The notes beneath the pieces are model-generated. The model searched no databases. It saw only the letters and a list, made by a program, of their open reading frames with translations, and was not told the origin of the DNA. From a virus (lineage: Duplodnaviria > Heunggongvirae > Uroviricota > Caudoviricetes), in IMG/VR virus record IMGVR_UViG_3300029249_000134, positions 1 to 6,295 of that record: DNA of 6,295 nt; one strand, given 5' to 3'. Position numbers and translations under genes: made by a program. Numbering within the stretch: position 1 is the first letter of the stretch; each line of letters begins with the position of its first letter. Shown in pieces: positions 5,587 through 6,295 of this stretch.

Positions 5587-5806
5587 CAATGGAATCACAA
5601 TGACCAACTCTTGCACAGCTGTATCCCTGACTCCCCGACAACTCAGATTTTCAGTATCTGCTGCTATCTAAAGAGAAAGCGCACAAATGCAAGGGTCTTT
5701 CATCACGTCCTGTTATTGATTGCCTGTGACCTTTTCTCACCTCATGGAACGTTTTTTCAGTTAGAAATATTCATTTTACAACCAGTTCGTATTGTTTATT
5801 CATCGA

Positions 5807-6022
5807 CTACTCTCCCCGCGCCACCTTACGACGGTCCTCTCTGATTTTGAAATACAGGTTAGTCAGATACGTCAGCAGGCCAAACAGCAGACTCCCCAGC
5901 ACACCTATCGCCACCCACTGGGACGGAGAGACTTTGTCCAGCAGCTGCAGTAACCAGTATCCCGTCCCCACCGCTGACGTGGTGTATGACACACCCGTTG
6001 TGATTTTTTCCATCTGGTACAT
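5807..6022 (-). CDS. S: Class II holin / pinholin, phage 21 S-like, with dual-start motif (Met1 and Met4)
   Basis: 71-aa product [71 protein letters not shown] has two TM segments and a basic C-terminus, closely resembling remembered S21. GGGAGA lies 6 nt upstream of the ATG at 6022; second ATG at 6013. Pinholins characteristically pair with SAR endolysins. Confidence 0.9.
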   Translation of the reverse strand: MYQMEKITTGVSYTTSAVGTGYWLLQLLDKVSPSQWVAIGVLGSLLFGLLTYLTNLYFKIREDRRKVARGE

Positions 6023-6097
6023 ACCCCGTCTCCCGCAATCCGGAAGCTCACAACAACAGGAGGGGCATCAGCTCACACCGACAGCCCCTGCGTATGG

Positions 6098-6295
6098 TTA
6101 CATCATCATTTCGCCGCCAGGCTGAGGCTCACTGCTACCGTCAGGCTGAGACACAACGCCATCTGAAACAGCACTGTCACCCGCGCCGTCTTCAGGCTCA
6201 GGAGCAGCCGGTCCCCCCAGCAGCTCATCCAGAATGGCATCCACTTCAGCATCAAGACGCGCCTCAAGATTCTGGCGGAGTTGCTGTTTCAGTGC
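6098..6295 (-). CDS. 3' end of an upstream gene (N-terminus beyond window); C-terminal 65 residues are acidic, Pro/Gly/Ser-rich and end in MMM
   Basis: Manual minus-strand translation from the window edge is open for 65 codons: ALKQQLRQNLEARLDAEVDAILDELLGGPAAPEPEDGAGDSAVSDGVVSQPDGSSEPQPGGEMMM then TAA (6100-6098). Codon usage is enterobacterial-like. Identity unknown; does not look like a Q antiterminator C-terminus. Confidence 0.5.
   Translation of the reverse strand, partial: ALKQQLRQNLEARLDAEVDAILDELLGGPAAPEPEDGAGDSAVSDGVVSQPDGSSEPQPGGEMMM

Noticed and set aside
5152-5844. Minus ORF 5152-5346 and plus ORF 5482-5844 inside the AT-rich insert
   Set aside because: They overlap the more protein-like 5237-5551 ORF, lack RBSs, and have the low-complexity hydrophobic or odd composition expected of chance ORFs in AT-rich DNA.
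5847-6125. Plus-strand ORF (92 aa) antisense to the holin
   Set aside because: Entirely antisense to the strongly supported pinholin gene and the upstream gene's 3' end.
1-6295. tRNA genes, CRISPR arrays, IS elements
   Set aside because: No T-psi-C-like GTTCGAATC-type motifs with cloverleaf context, no regularly spaced direct repeats, and no transposase-like ORFs or terminal inverted repeats were seen on reading.

Overview
This window looks like the late-region junction of a lambdoid prophage (phage 21 / Stx-phage-like lysis genes, lambda-like packaging genes), with all core genes on the minus strand. Reading from high to low coordinates: a partial upstream gene (6098-6295), a pinholin (5807-6022), a ~690 bp AT-rich insert carrying an oppositely oriented 104-aa ORF (5237-5551), a SAR endolysin (4586-5119), a hairpin plus two small membrane-protein ORFs (4101-4429), Rz/Rz1 spanins (3631-4104), a 74-aa ORF (3383-3607), an AT-rich region with a small plus-strand ribbon-helix-helix-like ORF (2568-2753), the cos site (cosN 2350-2361, cosB repeats 2205-2312), a Nu1-like small terminase (1657-2166) and a partial gpA-like large terminase (1-1685). 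Homology calls rest on my reading of the translations and remembered lambda / phage 21 sequences; no searches were run. The strongest candidates for something undescribed are the two small membrane ORFs between endolysin and spanins, the insert between holin and endolysin, and the small genes and operator-like palindromes between Rz and cos. The ORF track omits ORFs that run off the window edge, so the terminase and the 6098-6295 gene were found by manual translation.
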